A program made the translations under genes and the position numbers. Shown in pieces: positions 13,275 to 28,488 of a DNA stretch of 64,000 bases (within the stretch, counting starts at the first letter, position 1; the number at the start of each line of letters is the position of its first letter). Source of the DNA: the human T2T-CHM13v2.0 reference genome, Homo sapiens; assembly GCF_009914755.1 (NCBI RefSeq), contig NC_060926.1; one strand, written 5' to 3'. The notes under the pieces were generated by a model. The model worked only from the letters and a program-made list of their open reading frames with translations, made no database searches and had not been told where the DNA came from.

Positions 13275-13548
13275 TCTTTTTGTTGTTGTCCAGCCCAGGC
13301 TGGAGCGCAGTGGCGCAATCTTGGCTCACTGCAACCTCTGCCTCTGGGTTCAAGCGATCCTTCCACCTCAGCCTCCCAAGTAGCTGGGACTACAGGCATG
13401 TGCTATCACGACTGGCTATCACGTGTGCTATCACGACATGGTTTCACCATGTTGGCCAGGCTGGTCTCCAACTCCTGACCTCAAGTGATCTACCCGCTTC
13501 AGCCTCCCAAAGCGCTGCGATTGTAGGCGTGAGCCACCGTGCCCCATC
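13275..13548 (-). mobile_element. Alu with rearranged linker and eroded tail
   Basis: Antisense Alu arms; 16-bp TSD AGAGAAT(A/C)TCT(A/G)TGAC at 13259-13274 and 13549-13564. Confidence 0.95.
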
Positions 13549-13689
13549 AGAGAATCTCTGTGACAGTTCCTTGCTTACCTGGGTCTTGGCTTTCCCCAGG
13601 AGGTTAGATCTAGGGATGGCCAGCAACTAGATGACCTTTAACCTCCTTAAAAACTGTAATTAAGTTTTATAATTAAGTTTTGGTATTAA

Positions 13690-14135
13690 AATGTATTATT
13701 AAATATCATGAAAATATTATTTATTCATTATAAAGGGATTTTAAAGGATAGTAGCTAAAAGTATATAAATGACTTATAATCCTGTTCCCCAGAGATAACC
13801 ATTTTAGTGTTTCTTTCCAAGCTTTTTCTTATGCACATACGTAAACAGTGCACACAGGATCTGACTGTGGGTACTGTTCGGGGGGCATGTTATTTAGATT
13901 CCACAATGTATCAAGCCATTTCGTATGTCGGTAAATAGAAATCTATATCACCATTTTTACAGACTGTCTACTCTGTGGATATAATAGCATACATGATTCA
14001 CTTAATGCCCTAACGATGGACATTTAGCATATTTTAAATATTTCACTATTACAAATAACAGCACAACAAACATTGTTGCATATGTATCTGCATAGTCATT
14101 TGATTACTTCTTTGGCTTAAATTTTTAGAGTCCTA
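13690..14135 (-). mobile_element. Old L1 (L1ME-like) 3' fragment
   Basis: CCCAGAGATAACCATT...GATGGACATTTAG...TTTCACTATTACAAATAA pattern; AT-rich. Confidence 0.65.
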
Positions 14136-17100
14136 GCTTAAACTTTTGACTCCAGGTTCTCCAAGCAGGATCAGGCAGCCAGAAATGCTGGGGAACCTGG
14201 CCTGCCTTGGGAGGGCACAATCTTATGAACAGAATCCGTGATCTGGGATCTGCTTTAGCCCCCACCAGGCAGGCCAGGAATGTGCCTGCAGAGGCAAGGA
14301 GGCCTGGAGCTGGAGTTGACAACGTTCACCACATTTCATGCTACTGAAGGGACAGGAGCTGGGCCTGGAATGAAGCAGGCTGGAGGGCAGAGGAGTGGGC
14401 TCTCGGATCCAGGACAGTGGAGGCCCAGCTGGCCCAGCCTTGTATGTCCTTGTGGGACTTGAGCCTTTAGAAGTACAGGCTGCGTCTGCATAACACACAG
14501 GGCCTAGTGCTGGGTGAGCACAGGCCATAGCAGCCCCGGGACTGCTGTATTCTCAGCCGCCCACCCTCATGCCTTCTGACCGGTGGCCTCCTGGCCTCTG
14601 CCTTGGACCAAACTCCAGCTTCCCTCTGCAGCAGGGGCAGAACATCAGACCAACAAGGCTCCTGCCACGTCCAGATTCTCTGCTGGTCAGAGAGCTTTCT
14701 CTTTGGACTCAGAGACATTGAGGTTGGGGATGGCTGTCCCCTGCCAGAACCCTTGCACAGAGAGGAGAAAATATGGCTTTGGAATCTCAGGCTAGGCGCA
14801 GCCTTGGTTGTCAGCAGGAAGCGGGAGAAGGCTCTGGGCTGGGCCAGGATCAGCCACTGAAATGGAAGGTTCCCCACCCTGTGACCCCACAGTGCATCCA
14901 GCCTTCAGCCTCCCAGCAGCCCAGTGGGGGCAGCCAGAGGAGAGGTGGGTTCTTGACCTAGGGAGCTGGTGGGCTGTTGGCACACGCCCATGGCACCACT
15001 GGTGGGCGACAGCTGTCCTTGCTAGCGATATCGCCGGCACTGGGGAATCCTTTGCCTCCAGGCCTCCTGTTGGGTCAGAGAAGGGGAGTTGGAAAACAAG
15101 ACAGCGCAGCGTCAGTTTGGCAGCCATGGCATCCCCGCTCCTACACGGGGCAAAGAAAAGATTGAGGACGTATTCTTCACAGAAGCCAGCTCTCCTTGGA
15201 TGCACCTGTGAGTTTGGCAAGAGTGAAGGGAACAGAGACACCCCAGGGCAGTGGGTTTTGGTTTCTTCAATGTTGACCCTTAGTTTGGGGTCTAATCTTC
15301 CCTGCTGCTGATGCAGGGTGGCACATGGCTCTTGTTCTCTTGTTCGTCCTGAGCTCTGGCAATCATGTACTTTAGGATGGGGAGGGACTTTGAGGGCAGT
15401 TTCACCAGGCATAGCTGGTCAGATGCACCCTATGTGGGCCTCTATCTCTGTGCCCCCAGACCAGGGTCCCTGTTGTGAACTCAAGTCTGTCTTCCCTAGC
15501 ACTCGGCCAGTTCCTGGAGGATGGGAATCATACCTGATCTGTCTCTGTGTTCCGCTCCCTCTGCCACTCATACCAGTACCTGATGAGCTCTCAGTAAACA
15601 AATCACTACGTGCAGCTGGGACTGTGCCTGGGAGTGTCCGCAACATGCAGCCTGGTGCTGGCTGTGCCCTCCCCTCACATGCAGGAGTCCCATTGATTTC
15701 CAAGATGATAGGAAGGTTCCGAGGCCCCTAGATGGTTCTGTGACCCCTGGGGATCAGTGGAAGCAGCTATCAGTTTACTGTGGAAACTGGGCCAGCTCAC
15801 AGGGTCCTGTGTAACCTGCTACAAAACAGGCCAGTTCAAGAGCCATGTGTGGAGGGCTGCGCTCTGCTTTTCTGTGGTTTGGTGGAAATCACCCAAATAA
15901 GTAAGAAGGCCATACTGGAACCAGCTAGGAGGAGTGAAATCTGATACCTGCACTGCAGGAAAGAGGGGTGGGGGGAGTTGAGCCGAGGACTCAGTTTGCG
16001 CAGAGCCCAAGGCTGAGCCAAGAATGGCATTAGCAGACACCTCGGGCTCTGGAGGTGGTGAAGGGCAGTGCTGATCGTCACTGGTGCTGGAGCCACCCTG
16101 GGCAGCATCCCCTGCCTCCATCATTGAGGCCGTCTCAGTACTGTCTGTCCAGGCCGTTTGTCCCCCTGCCCTCAGCAAACGAAATGCCCTAGATGCCGCC
16201 TGTGTCTTCGGAGGAGGTTGCAAATGTCTCCAGAGCTAACGGCAGTTAGAGAACACCATGGGCCATGTCCTGGGCTTCCACACCCCCCGCCTTTACTTCC
16301 CCCAGTCCATCCTGCAGGCGTCCTCTCTGACCGCACTCCCCTGCCCGCTGCCTGCCTTCCCTCCCTCGTGCCATGGACAGCCTTACTTCCTGAGCTCTCC
16401 CCTTGTCCACTCCCCTCTTGGCCTCCGTGGTGTCCACCTCAAGGAGGGACCTGCAGGCAGACATCTCACTGCTGCTCCGGCCGACACAGACACTCTGCTG
16501 CCCCCTTGTCTTCTGACTGTACCTGCTTTCCCTGGCCCACTCTGGGGACCTCTGCAGCCCCTTCTTCAAATAGGTATGTGGGCGCTCACACCCCTGAAAA
16601 GGCCGTGTGACCACACCCACTAGCTGGGGCCCAGATCCCTCAACAGAACCTCAGCCGAACCCTCAGCCCTACACAGGCATCATTTGGGATTCTGGTCCGT
16701 TCCCTGCCTGGTGCCCTGCAGCTGCTCCGCACCTTTCCATCAACAGGGCTGCAGACCCCCAGCCTGCGCTGTCCACCTCGGTGTCAGCAAGTGGCCTCTC
16801 CTCCTGCTTCCTGTCCATCTTGCTCGTGTGAGCTGCCGTCCTCCAGCTCCACCGCCTCCTCCTGCCAGGAAGGGAAGCTGTTGGTGCCGCAGGCTTTCCT
16901 TGGCTCCCTGTATCCCCAGCCCTCCCTCCACTCCCTCTGCTTCAGCTGTTCCCAGACTTGACTCCCAGATGGCACCTCTGTCCTAAGGTCCGGACCATTT
17001 CTCCAGTGGCTCATGCGTAGCAGATCCCTGCTGTCTGATTCACATATCAGACTCTACCTGTCCAAAACAAAGCTGCTTCCTTGCTCTCCAAGGAAGCCTT

Positions 17101-17525
17101 GTACTCGTACTGTCTCAGTCCTCCTCCCTCCCTCCCTTAGCCATGCATCTCCTTCTCCTTTGCCTTAGGCTGCTCACCTTCCTTCCTGGACCCTGAGCTC
17201 ACTGAGGACAGGGATCATCCTCTTTTCTCTACAAGCCCGGCACAGGGCCCTGTTCATGCATATCTCTTGGGATTAGATTATTTTATTCAGTTCAGAGATT
17301 ACAGAACCACCGACAGTGTGTCCTCATAAGCAGCGTGGTGGCAGGGAACCTGGGATTGGAGGCAAGCTCTGGATTCTAGTCCCAAATCTACCTCTAACTC
17401 TGGGAAAGCCCTATAAAACCTTCTGAGCCTCAGTCTTCTGAGCTGTAAAACGGGAATAACCACGGCCTTCCCATTTCTCAGGACCTTGAAAGGTGACAAG
17501 GGAGGAACGGTGCCACCAGGGCCAG

Positions 17526-17955
<430 letters not shown>

Positions 17956-18557
17956 ACCACTACTTTCAACTCATAGGTGTTATTACCAAGTTCCTGAATT
18001 CTATGGCTTGAGGAACTGAGATGGGAGTTATAAAGAGTTTGCAAAACAATATTCCTGGATGATGTGTAATTTGTCTCATCTTTCAGTTCCTTTAAAATCT
18101 ACCCCCTGGATCAAGCCATCCAAAAGCTGGGTACCTTGGCTATGTTGTACTATGTTCATCTTGCGCCACCCCACATGAACTCTACGGGCTGTTAGAATAT
18201 CTGCTGCCCTCCATCCAGGTCACAACAGTGCACCCTCGTTTAGGATTCTGTGGCAGTTCATGTTTATCCTGTCACTTGTGACTCCTTTGCTAGGACCCTT
18301 GGGAGAGGTGTCTCTGATTCCACCACAGACATATTCTTCTCCCGAGCCACTGTCATAGGATCTCATGGACCCACAAATCATGTTGTAACAGATTTGCCTC
18401 TTCCATGCTCTCGAAACGGTAACTCTCAACTCTGGCTGCCTATGACATCACCCAGGGAGATTTTTTAAATTCTCATACCCAGGCTACATACCAGATCTGT
18501 GAGATCACAGTCAGTCTCTGGGAGGTGGATCCAGGCATCTGGATTTTTGTAAAGCTC

Positions 18558-19538
<981 letters not shown>

Positions 19539-20195
19539 ATAGCATGCACATGGGCAGTTTCTCTTAGTGAATGGCGGGTGAGATGGAGGGGCGCACAGCC
19601 GTCCAGTCTAGCTACAGAACCTTGTTTGGCACCTGGGCTAGAAATAGCTTCTCCACAAACCTCAGAGTTTATTTTTACGGCAAAATTTGATTTTCTAAGC
19701 GGCCTGTCTTCTTGCTTACCTCGCACCTGCTCAGGTGGCTGCGGCTGCCAGGAACAGTGGTGAGTTTGTGTCCTCCGTGAGGGCACCTGGCCAAGGAGAC
19801 ATGGGTGCTGACCCCCAGCCTGTGCTCTGGGAGTGTCGCTGTGCCCTTGAGAGTTCAGAGAGAGGAGTGCCTCTTTCTAACTTGCACAAAAGCATCCATC
19901 GGGGAAAGCACCGTGTGTGCATCCTGCTCAGGGAAAGCACTGTGTGTGCATACATTGAGTGACCATGCTCTGAAATTGATGGACTTCTCTCCTGTAGGGA
20001 TGATCTCATTTACTCATACTCAGAGGCCACTCAGAAAGACTTTTAAGCTTTTGTTTTCTAATCATAAATTTCTCCTCTCTCCCTCCAACTCCACCCCTGT
20101 CTCTCTCTCTTACAACAGGACAAATAGTGCCAGGAGTACTGGGGACTACAGGATGAATACCCAGCACATGGTGAAACAAAAGAGTGTTGCAACGC

Positions 20196-20790
20196 TCACT
20201 CATTCATTCATTCATTCATTCATTCATTCATCCATCACTTACTGGTAGTCACATTGTACATTGTCCTAGGTCTGGGATCCAGAGAGGTCAGACTTTCGCC
20301 CTGCCTGCAAGGAGCTCTCAGTCCGGTGGGGCAGCCAGTACATACGAATTCTTACATGATTAACGCGATCAATTCTTATGTGGCAAATATGTGATAAATG
20401 CAGCAAAAAGAATGTATACCAAGTGCTATGGAAGAGCAACTCATTTACTCGACTTAGTGAGCATCTACTATAATGCTAGGCATTGTTGTAGGCACCGGGG
20501 GTATCACAGTGACCATATGAGATAAAAACCCCTGACCCAGAGCACACACTTGAGGGGGTGAGAATATTCAGCAACTAGCTTAGTTTGATCAAAACCATAG
20601 GCTTCAAAGAAGAGGTGACTTAAAGCTGGAAATTGAAACCTATGCATTTATATGTGTGTGTGCAGGGAACACTAGGCAATGGGAACAGCTTGTGTAAAAG
20701 CCTGAAGATATAAAAAGACCAAAGATATCAGAGCAAAAATGCTAAGGGAAACCTAAGAATTGGGAGACACAGCCTTGAATGCCATGCTAA
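20196..20790 (-). mobile_element. L2 fragments with (TTCA)n tail
   Basis: (TCAT)n at about 20196-20232, then CTGCCTGCAAGGAGCTCTCAGTC, GAGCATCTACTATAATGCTAGGCATTG, GGGAACAGCTTGTGTAAAAGCCTG. Confidence 0.75.
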
Positions 20791-20989
20791 CCCTCCCAAG
20801 GTCACTGTCTCATATAATGGGGATGTAGCTGAAAGCTCACAGGGCATTGGCCAGAGCCACCCTCACAGCTGGGTTCCATGTGGACTCCCTGACCCCAAAA
20901 CAGAGACTCCTTGGCAACTCCCACTCCAACTCCAATTTGTTGGAACCTCTAAGGCTAAAGATAGACGATTTATGTTACCTCCTTCTGTG

Positions 20990-21215
20990 ACCTAGTGCTT
21001 TTAGGTTGCAAAGTGTTTTCATAGCTTCCTCTCCTGGATCATGAGAGGGACTCTAGGAGGTAGACAAAAAGGGGTTCTTGTTGCCATTTATTGTACCAAG
21101 GAGCAAACCAAAGCCCAGAGAGGTCTAGTATCTTGCTCAAGGTCACACAGCCCATCAGGCAGAGCAGAAACTAGAGTCCTTGTGTCCTGGTTCCTAATAC
21201 AACCCAGGGGCCCTT
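20990..21215 (-). mobile_element. MIR
   Basis: GCCCAGAGAGG...CTTGCTCAAGGTCACACAGC...GGCAGAGC. Confidence 0.75.
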
Positions 21216-23054
21216 CTTGTTCCCATGTCAGCTGCCACTCCTTATTTTGAAGCCTAAAAAGCTCTCAGCAAGTATCAATCACATGCCTGCCTGCCTCCCA
21301 CGACCATTAGTGCAGCACATACGACGTGTCAAGCCAGGCATTGACCATCTGCTGGGCTGCAATGTGGTCCCAACCCCCACTCAGGAAGAGAACTGAAGGA
21401 GTCACGTATGGGCTGCCCTTCTTCCCACCCACCATGACCCAAGAGGCCTAAAGACCATGAGTCAACCAGACCCAGGCTGTCACCCTCCTGAGCCAAGTGG
21501 AACAGGTCACAGAATGACCATCGCAGGCTGGAGACCCCTCCACTTGCTCCTAGACCACCTGGAGGCCATTCATGACAGCCGCCAATACCTATTTTCACCC
21601 TTTCTTGTAATCAGGCTGGTTGTGAAGAGAATGGGGAGATTTCAGCCTCACACACAGAGCCCGAGCTCACCTGTGGAAGACAGACGTAGCCTAGCAGTCC
21701 TCACGGGCCACCCTTGATGTGTTGCAACTCATTTAGATAAAAGTGTCTGGCTCGTAAGGTAGCAGCAACAGCAAAAATCATTAGAAGCACATTTCTGCTT
21801 TTACAAAGTAACCTAGTAACAGCACAGGAGGCAACAATTAACCCGGCACTCCGTTCTCTAGGTACACAGGCAGGTGCTGAAAGTGGAAAACGGAAGTCAG
21901 AACACAGAGACATTCTGTCCAGGCCCTTCTGGGATCAGCACTCTGGGATGTGGGATGGCCCCGCCAGCCAGAGAGCCACACCCCTGCCATTAGCACAGAG
22001 AGGAGGTGTCCTCCCTCTCCATCTCAGAACAGTGTGATTATTTATTTAGCACCAGTTCAAGGCTTTCTGAAATGCATTCGCGGTGCTCTGCCATCTTGCG
22101 CAGGTCCTCCCTGAACTACCACTGCTGCCTCTGTGGATCAGATAAAGGAAATCTGGCCTGCACCAGTCTCTGCTGGGCTCTTGCTCCCATCTCTGCAGAC
22201 TCCTGTTCTCCCTGACCTACCTGAGTGTTCATATCCCACCTTGGGGCACTTGGTCCTGCTGAGCGAGTCTTCCAGAAGCGCCTCTCCCATCCCTACCTAT
22301 CTCCTGGCAAAGAGCTCCAGGGCCGCCCCCGAGGGAATTCTCTCTCCTCTGATGCCATTATGCCATTTCTCTCCCTGGCACCCTTGTAGTACTTGCTGCT
22401 TCCTGGTTCCGGTGTGGTCCTGTCACTGTCCAGTATGCCCAAGGCTCATTCCCACCCCCAGTACTGAGGGCAGCCTGCAGAGCCAAACACCCTACACAGG
22501 CTGAAAAGGAATTGATGAATGGAAAAAGTCAGTTCCCACGGCCTCTGGCTGTGCTCCTGGCCCCTCAGCCCCACGTCCTCAGATCCCAGAACTCTCTCAG
22601 GAGACTACCGGGAGTCTTTGGTGGCAGGGACTGTCTCAGTCAGTGTGTCTCAGTCACAAAGCCTGGCACAAAGAAGGCTCTCAAATGTTTCTGAGATAAA
22701 TGAATGATCTAAAGTGGCTCCTTTAACCTGTCTAAATTGTGTGTGAAAGGAGCCAGCCACACCCATCAAGGCAGCTAACAGCTGCCCATGTTAGGGCAGA
22801 GGGTGACGCACTGACCCTGCTCTCCCAAGGCCACCACCCCTGGGGACATGGTGCACCCAGCCAGAGCCCTCCTTCCCACTGTTCCAAGCATAGTCCATGG
22901 CCCAGGAGGAAGCTAGGCCTCCCAGATCTTGCTAGAACCCAGGCTCTCAGTATGCTCAACATTGCATTCAAGCCATGTTTAGAAAGGTATGTTCCATATT
23001 CAGAGGGTCCTCACGGCCTTTGTTCATTCATTCAGGCAACAGCAAGCAGCAGAA

Positions 23055-23290
23055 AGTAAATGGTCACAAGCACAGCTGCTAGACTGCTTTGGTCCTAACC
23101 CCAGCCCTGCCCCTTTCCAGCTGTGCAACCTCTGGGCACAGTCCTTAACCTCCCTGTGCCTCAGTTTCTTCATGTGCAAAATAGAGATTTTCATAAAATT
23201 TTCTGGTGGTTGTAAGGACTAAATGAGTTAACATAATAAAGTGCCTAGAATAGTGCGTAAGACATGTACAAGGCTTTGCTCTTATTATTC
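23055..23290 (+). mobile_element. MIR
   Basis: CTTAACCTCCCTGTGCCTCAGTTTCTTCATGTGCAAAAT...AAATGAGTTAA...AGAATAGTGC. Confidence 0.85.
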
Positions 23291-24254
23291 TAAAAGACTA
23301 GGACCTGGCTGAGTCATGGACTTAATTCATACCTTCTTTGAGCCCAAATGCATCTTCAAGGAAGGTGTCGGCATGCCCACCTCCCACCCTCACCTGTCAG
23401 TCATCCTGCAGCCTTCGCTTGCTGAATGCATCCAGTCGTAGGGGATGTCTGTCTGTTCCCAGAGAGGTGGCCCTCCTTGGCCCACCAGATCCCAGACAGC
23501 CACTGGGCTGCATCCTATTCCAGTTCTCCATAGGCCACAGCAGAGGGTCCTGGGGCCCCTCCCACTTACTTCTGGTAGGGAATCTGCAAGCACCTATCAC
23601 AGCCCCATTTCATTTAGCCCCTCACCCCATGAAAAGGGTCTGAACTCCTGATCAGCACACAGTGTCCAGCAGCCCAAACCTGGACAGTGATGAATGGGCC
23701 ATCCGAGATGCTGGGGCTTATCCCTCCCACGATTGCCACTGACAGGCTTTGAGACCCAGAAGCATGTCCGTGCCCCTCTTTGGATCTTGTTGTTTTTATC
23801 TGCATCGTGAGGGGACTGGATTTATGATCGATCCCCAAGGACCAGTCAGGCTCTGTCCCTAGAAGTGACGCTCTGGATGGGGCCATGTGGGGGCTTCTGG
23901 GACTCCACCACAATTAGCACTGTGGCCTCAGAAGTTATGTCAGCATGTCCTTGGGGCATCTGTCATTAACAATTATGAAGTCATTTTCTGGTAAATAATT
24001 CATAACCCGAGAGATGGGATAAGCTGCCAATAAACAATAATCCATTTAGAATGAGGCTTGATGAGGGCGAGCACAGCTGCGGAATTGCAGCCACCTCCTG
24101 GAGGGCAGCTCCCTGCTCACCTCTGGTGTCAACAGGGCCCATCCTTAGGGCCCTGCTCAGGCCACACCTCCTCCCTGAAGCCCTCCTTCACCACTCCTGA
24201 CCAAAGGCATCACCCCTCCCCTGAGCTCAGGCATGACTGAGTCTGTGAACCCAG

Positions 24255-24475
24255 TGAGGGCTGGCCAAGTGCCCAAGGCTGTGCTAAGCAACTTGCATGC
24301 ACTTTCTCGTGGAATCCTCCCAGTGGCCTTAGGGCTGTAGCTACTGTTGTTATCTCCTGTACCGAGAAGTAAACTGAGGTTTAGAGACTAAATAACTTAT
24401 CCAAGGTCGCTGAACTAGAAAGCCCAGGTCTGGAGTTCACATCTGTATGATGTGAGAGCTCTCACTCTTAGCCAG
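24255..24475 (-). mobile_element. MIR
   Basis: AAACTGAGGTTTAGAGACTAAATAACTTATCCAAGGTC. Confidence 0.75.
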
Positions 24476-25547
24476 GGTGTCCCACTCCCTCGTGCGAGCA
24501 GCTGTACCTCTTGTCATTTGTCCAGGCTTTATTTGTGTGTGACCTTTGTCTCTCCAGCAAGACTATGAGCCCTAGATGGGTCCCAGGAGGTACTTCCTAG
24601 AGGCCATAGAGCAGAGCGTCTCCTTGCTGGCTGGCTACTTAATGTTGTAGTGAGGCTTCTAGTGGTGTTTGGAGGCCAAACCAAGGACGCTGGAGAGAGG
24701 GGCAGGAGGGGACGTCTTCTGCACATGCTACCTGAATTTCCATCTTCTAATAGGCCTATTGCATTTTTCCTGCCCAAGGGACACTTTGCAGCCTCTGGCT
24801 ATACCCCCTGGAAGTACTCCGTCCTGGGGAAGAAGTTCTTTGCTCAGATTCTGGGAACCCTGGCTGCATGGGTTGGTCATTAGGACTGGGTTAGCTCTGC
24901 CAAGAGCTCCTCCTCTCCTGCCATGCCATCACCTGCCATCAAGGCCAGCAGCCCACCCTGTATCATCTGCAGGACTTGCCCCCAGTGCCCAAGGCTAGAA
25001 GGGGTCCTCAGGGGTGTCCCACTCCCCCTGCTAAAAGGCTCCATTCTTTTTTCTCCTGGGTAGGGGCACTGCAGACATTGTTGGCCCCTGTATTATAACC
25101 AGCCTTTCAAGGCCCATAGTCATGAAGGTCCCTGTTTTTTCTTCTCAGGGAAAAACAGAACTGCCCTGAGTTGCAAGTGTCAAGGAACAGGGTGGAGTTT
25201 CTAGATGTTGAACCTGTAATTGTCACACATCTGGAATGTTGCACAAACCTCTGCAGCTGGGCCGTGTGGTGGGAGAAGCCACAGTGGCTCGGTGCATGCT
25301 CATTCCTCAATAACCACAGTAACCAGCCCGAGGGGAGGCCCCTTCTAGCCTTTTAACCTCCTGCGGCCAGTGATGTGGTCAGGACTGGCAGTTGCGTGGC
25401 AAGACAATGGGTCACTTGCTGCTTTCTAGAACAGCTTCAAACAGCTGGAATCTTCCCATCTCCTTTGAACAGAATTGCCTCACGGGAGGCACTGGCCCCG
25501 TCTTATTTGTCAGGTGGGCTTCGCAATAACACACCTCCTGCCCCTGG

Positions 25548-26194
25548 CCTGAGCTCCTTGCTTTCAGGATTGGGGAAAGATTCCACCCCTGGGCGCCCCT
25601 GGCCTTTTGCTGACAATCTCCACCTGCTATTCAGCATGGGGCTGAGGAGTAGACATGGAAGGCAGAGAGGGGGGCCCAGCTACTGCCAGCCTGGACTGGA
25701 TGATGCTCTGGCAGCCGTCTCTGGGCATCCCCCGTCTCCCGCTCAGTCTCGTCTCAGCACTCAGATGCTGGGAACCAGACCAGCCTCTACTATGGGGCCT
25801 TGGAGGGCTCTTGGCAGAACTGGCTACAATTCCCCATTGCGGGATTACAGAATGAGACCGTGACCCAGCTCCTGTGTCTGGGGAAGGAGAGGCCTGATGG
25901 GTGGGAGCTGTGCCCAGGTCCGAGCCAGAGAAAAGCAGAAAGGTTTTCTATTTTCTCTATTCTACTTGTTTTCACCTCATTGAGTTCCAGGAAGAATTGC
26001 AGGAGACTTAAAAGGACACATTAAGACATCATGAATCAAAAGGAGGAGACAGAACCACAAGTGTAGGAGCAGGGAGTGTCACCTACACAAAACCACATCT
26101 AGAAAGTCCCACAGATGGGCCACAAGTGGGCCACACATTTTCCTCCAGGCTTGGCAGTGCCTCTGACCTTGGCTGTTCATTGGAATTGCCTGGG
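25548..26194 (-). repeat. Right arm of local inverted duplication (Alu-free)
   Basis: Reverse complement of 18558-19538 without the Alu; keeps the empty site TAGTAGAGGCTGGTCTGGTTCCCAGCATCTG (minus strand). Confidence 0.93.
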
Positions 26195-28298
26195 CATTCT
26201 GGTGACTAATGCAAAGCCATCTACCTCTTGCTTACCCCCAAAGAAGAAGGGACCACATCCTAAATCTGTATTAAGGGTCTTGCTTTTATTCTCGGACTTG
26301 GCCGGTCCCAGGGAGGTTGGGATGCTCTCGCTTCTGGGGTGGCTACTACAGCCCATCAGGACAGGACTTTGCATGCCCTGGTTGTGGACAGATTGACAGA
26401 AAATAAAAGTATTGTTTAGGGAAGGGAGGGGTAGTTTCCAACCCCAGCAATAAAGGAATGAGAGAAACTGGTGTTTATCACAAAGCAGAGAACATGGCGT
26501 TTCCGTGGGCTCTAACAATGTGACATCCTCAAGGAAGGATGGGTCTGTGACTGTGGGTCCACTTGGAAGGTGCCCTCCTGTTCCCCAGCGGGGTGCTGAG
26601 TGATGTGCTGGGAGGAAGGGCCTACCCGCGAGCCTGGTTGGTCCTTCTACAGAAAGCCCTGGGGATGGGTTGTCTCTGACACTAAAGCCTCTTCCCAAAG
26701 GTCTCCAGGGAAAGAAATTCCATCAGCTTCCAGAGTCCCTATCCGGTGGCTCCTGCAGGCTTTTCTTCTATCTGACCTGAATCTCCCTTGCTGCAATTTA
26801 AGCCCATTTTCCCTTGTTTTGTTTTGAGTGGAAATGGAGAAGAGCTTGTCCCCAGCTGCCTCCGAAAGCAGGGTGAGTCAGAAGTCCTTGCGTACCTCCT
26901 GCCACGCTGAAGTCATTCTCAGAAACCTGCGCTATTGAATCTGTCCTCATGAAAGCCTCCCAAGAGAACCAGCTTCGCATTAATGCATGAAACAAGGCTC
27001 CACTCTGGGATGGGGGCATGGTGGTGGCAAGGCCCTTCCTGCAGGGACGGCACTAGATGGCCCCGAGTGAATGTGCCTGGCCCCTGCAACAGCTGGGGAG
27101 AGGGGCATGTGAACGGATCAGCACCTCACAGTGAAACTTGCATGCGTGGAGTCTGGTCAGGGAGCTGGGTGGGGTGGGCGGTACCCACACCAAGGAGGAG
27201 GTGCCCACATCAGGTCCTAAGGGAGAGGAGGAGGTGGCTGGGGAAAGAGGAAGTCCTCTCAGGCGGGTACCAGGAGACTCCTTGTCCACTCTAGGTTCCA
27301 CATTTGCGTTTGAAAAAACAGTCTTCTTATCTATACTCCCCTTGCTCTAGTGTTGGCAATGGATTGTTTCCCCGCCTGCCTCAGCTGATGTTGAATGGAA
27401 AGATCATTCACTTATTTCATGAGTGCGCACTGGGGGAGCCTCCGTGGGCGAGGATGCGCGTGCAGGCGCATACATTCTCTGGAGGATTCTTTTGGCCTCT
27501 TGATCTCCCAGACCACTAGGTTTCTGTCTTGTTTTTGTGCCTTTTTACTTCTGGGAACAAAAAACCCCCACTTGTTTCTGCTAAAGATAAGCTATTTTGT
27601 AGGCCATTGAAGCCAATTCCTGGAAGAGTTGGGTTGGTGGTTAAAAAAAAAAAATCTGATTGGAAAGCAGTAGATCACAGCAGCTAAGTGACTGAGTTTA
27701 AAAAGCAATGATGCTGAGTGGTCCTGACAACACTCGGACAGCACACAGTGAATACAAGAGAAGAATTTTTATATTTCCTAGGCTAGTGGAATTAAAACCT
27801 TCCTACTCTGCAGGATAAATGGAGAGAAACAGAATCTCTTTTTCCTAAGCAGTTATCTAAGTGTGATACTTAGATGTGAGCAAGGTAATTAGGCTTTGTT
27901 TTTTTCCGCTGCTTGGTCAAAAGCCCCCTTCTCAAACTACTTGGCTCCAATACCATGGGGGAAAAAACCCACCTACATTGATTGGATTTAAATAATGGAA
28001 TTGCCATTAATATCTTTCATAAAAGATGATTGATTTCTGACTTTGGATTTATGGAAAGTTGGGGCTTGTAAAAGTGTTCAGAGTGGCAGTCATTCAGTAT
28101 TAATGCTGGTTCATACCCTTCCCTCCTCAGGGCTGGTTACATGGATGGCTCCCAACCTAAACCCCCCCATGCCAGCTGCTAGGTCACAGGGATCTCTGGA
28201 GGGTGTAACGGGCAGCCCTGGGCCCATCCAGTTGCCAGCTGTGGTGGTCCAGGAGGCTGGGCTGAACCCTAGCCCTCTTTCCTTCTTTACATCAGATT

Positions 28299-28488
28299 TT
28301 TTTTTACCTAATATGATTTTTTTTTATTTTACTTTAAGTTCTGGGATGCATGTGCAGAACATGCAGGTTTGTTACACAGGTATACATGTGCCATGGTGGT
28401 TTGCTGCACCTATCAACCCATCATCTAGGTTTTAAGCCCTGCATGCGTTAGGTATATGTCCTAATGCTCTCCCTCCCCTTTCCCCCAA
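28299..28488 (-). mobile_element. 5'-truncated L1PA 3' end
   Basis: TTTTACTTTAAGTTCTGGGATGCATGTGCAGAACATGCAGGTTTGTTAC...; TSD CT(T/C)TA(C/T)ATCAGATT at 28285-28298 and 28489-28502. Confidence 0.92.

Noticed and set aside
14792-15412. Longest ORF (206 aa, minus) and overlapping 167-aa plus ORF
   Set aside because: GC-rich sequence open in several frames at once, non-ATG starts, no domain and no convincing splice sites.
24085-24105. CTCF-like motif (also near 39750 and 48620)
   Set aside because: Two or more mismatches to the core; cannot be supported without ChIP data.
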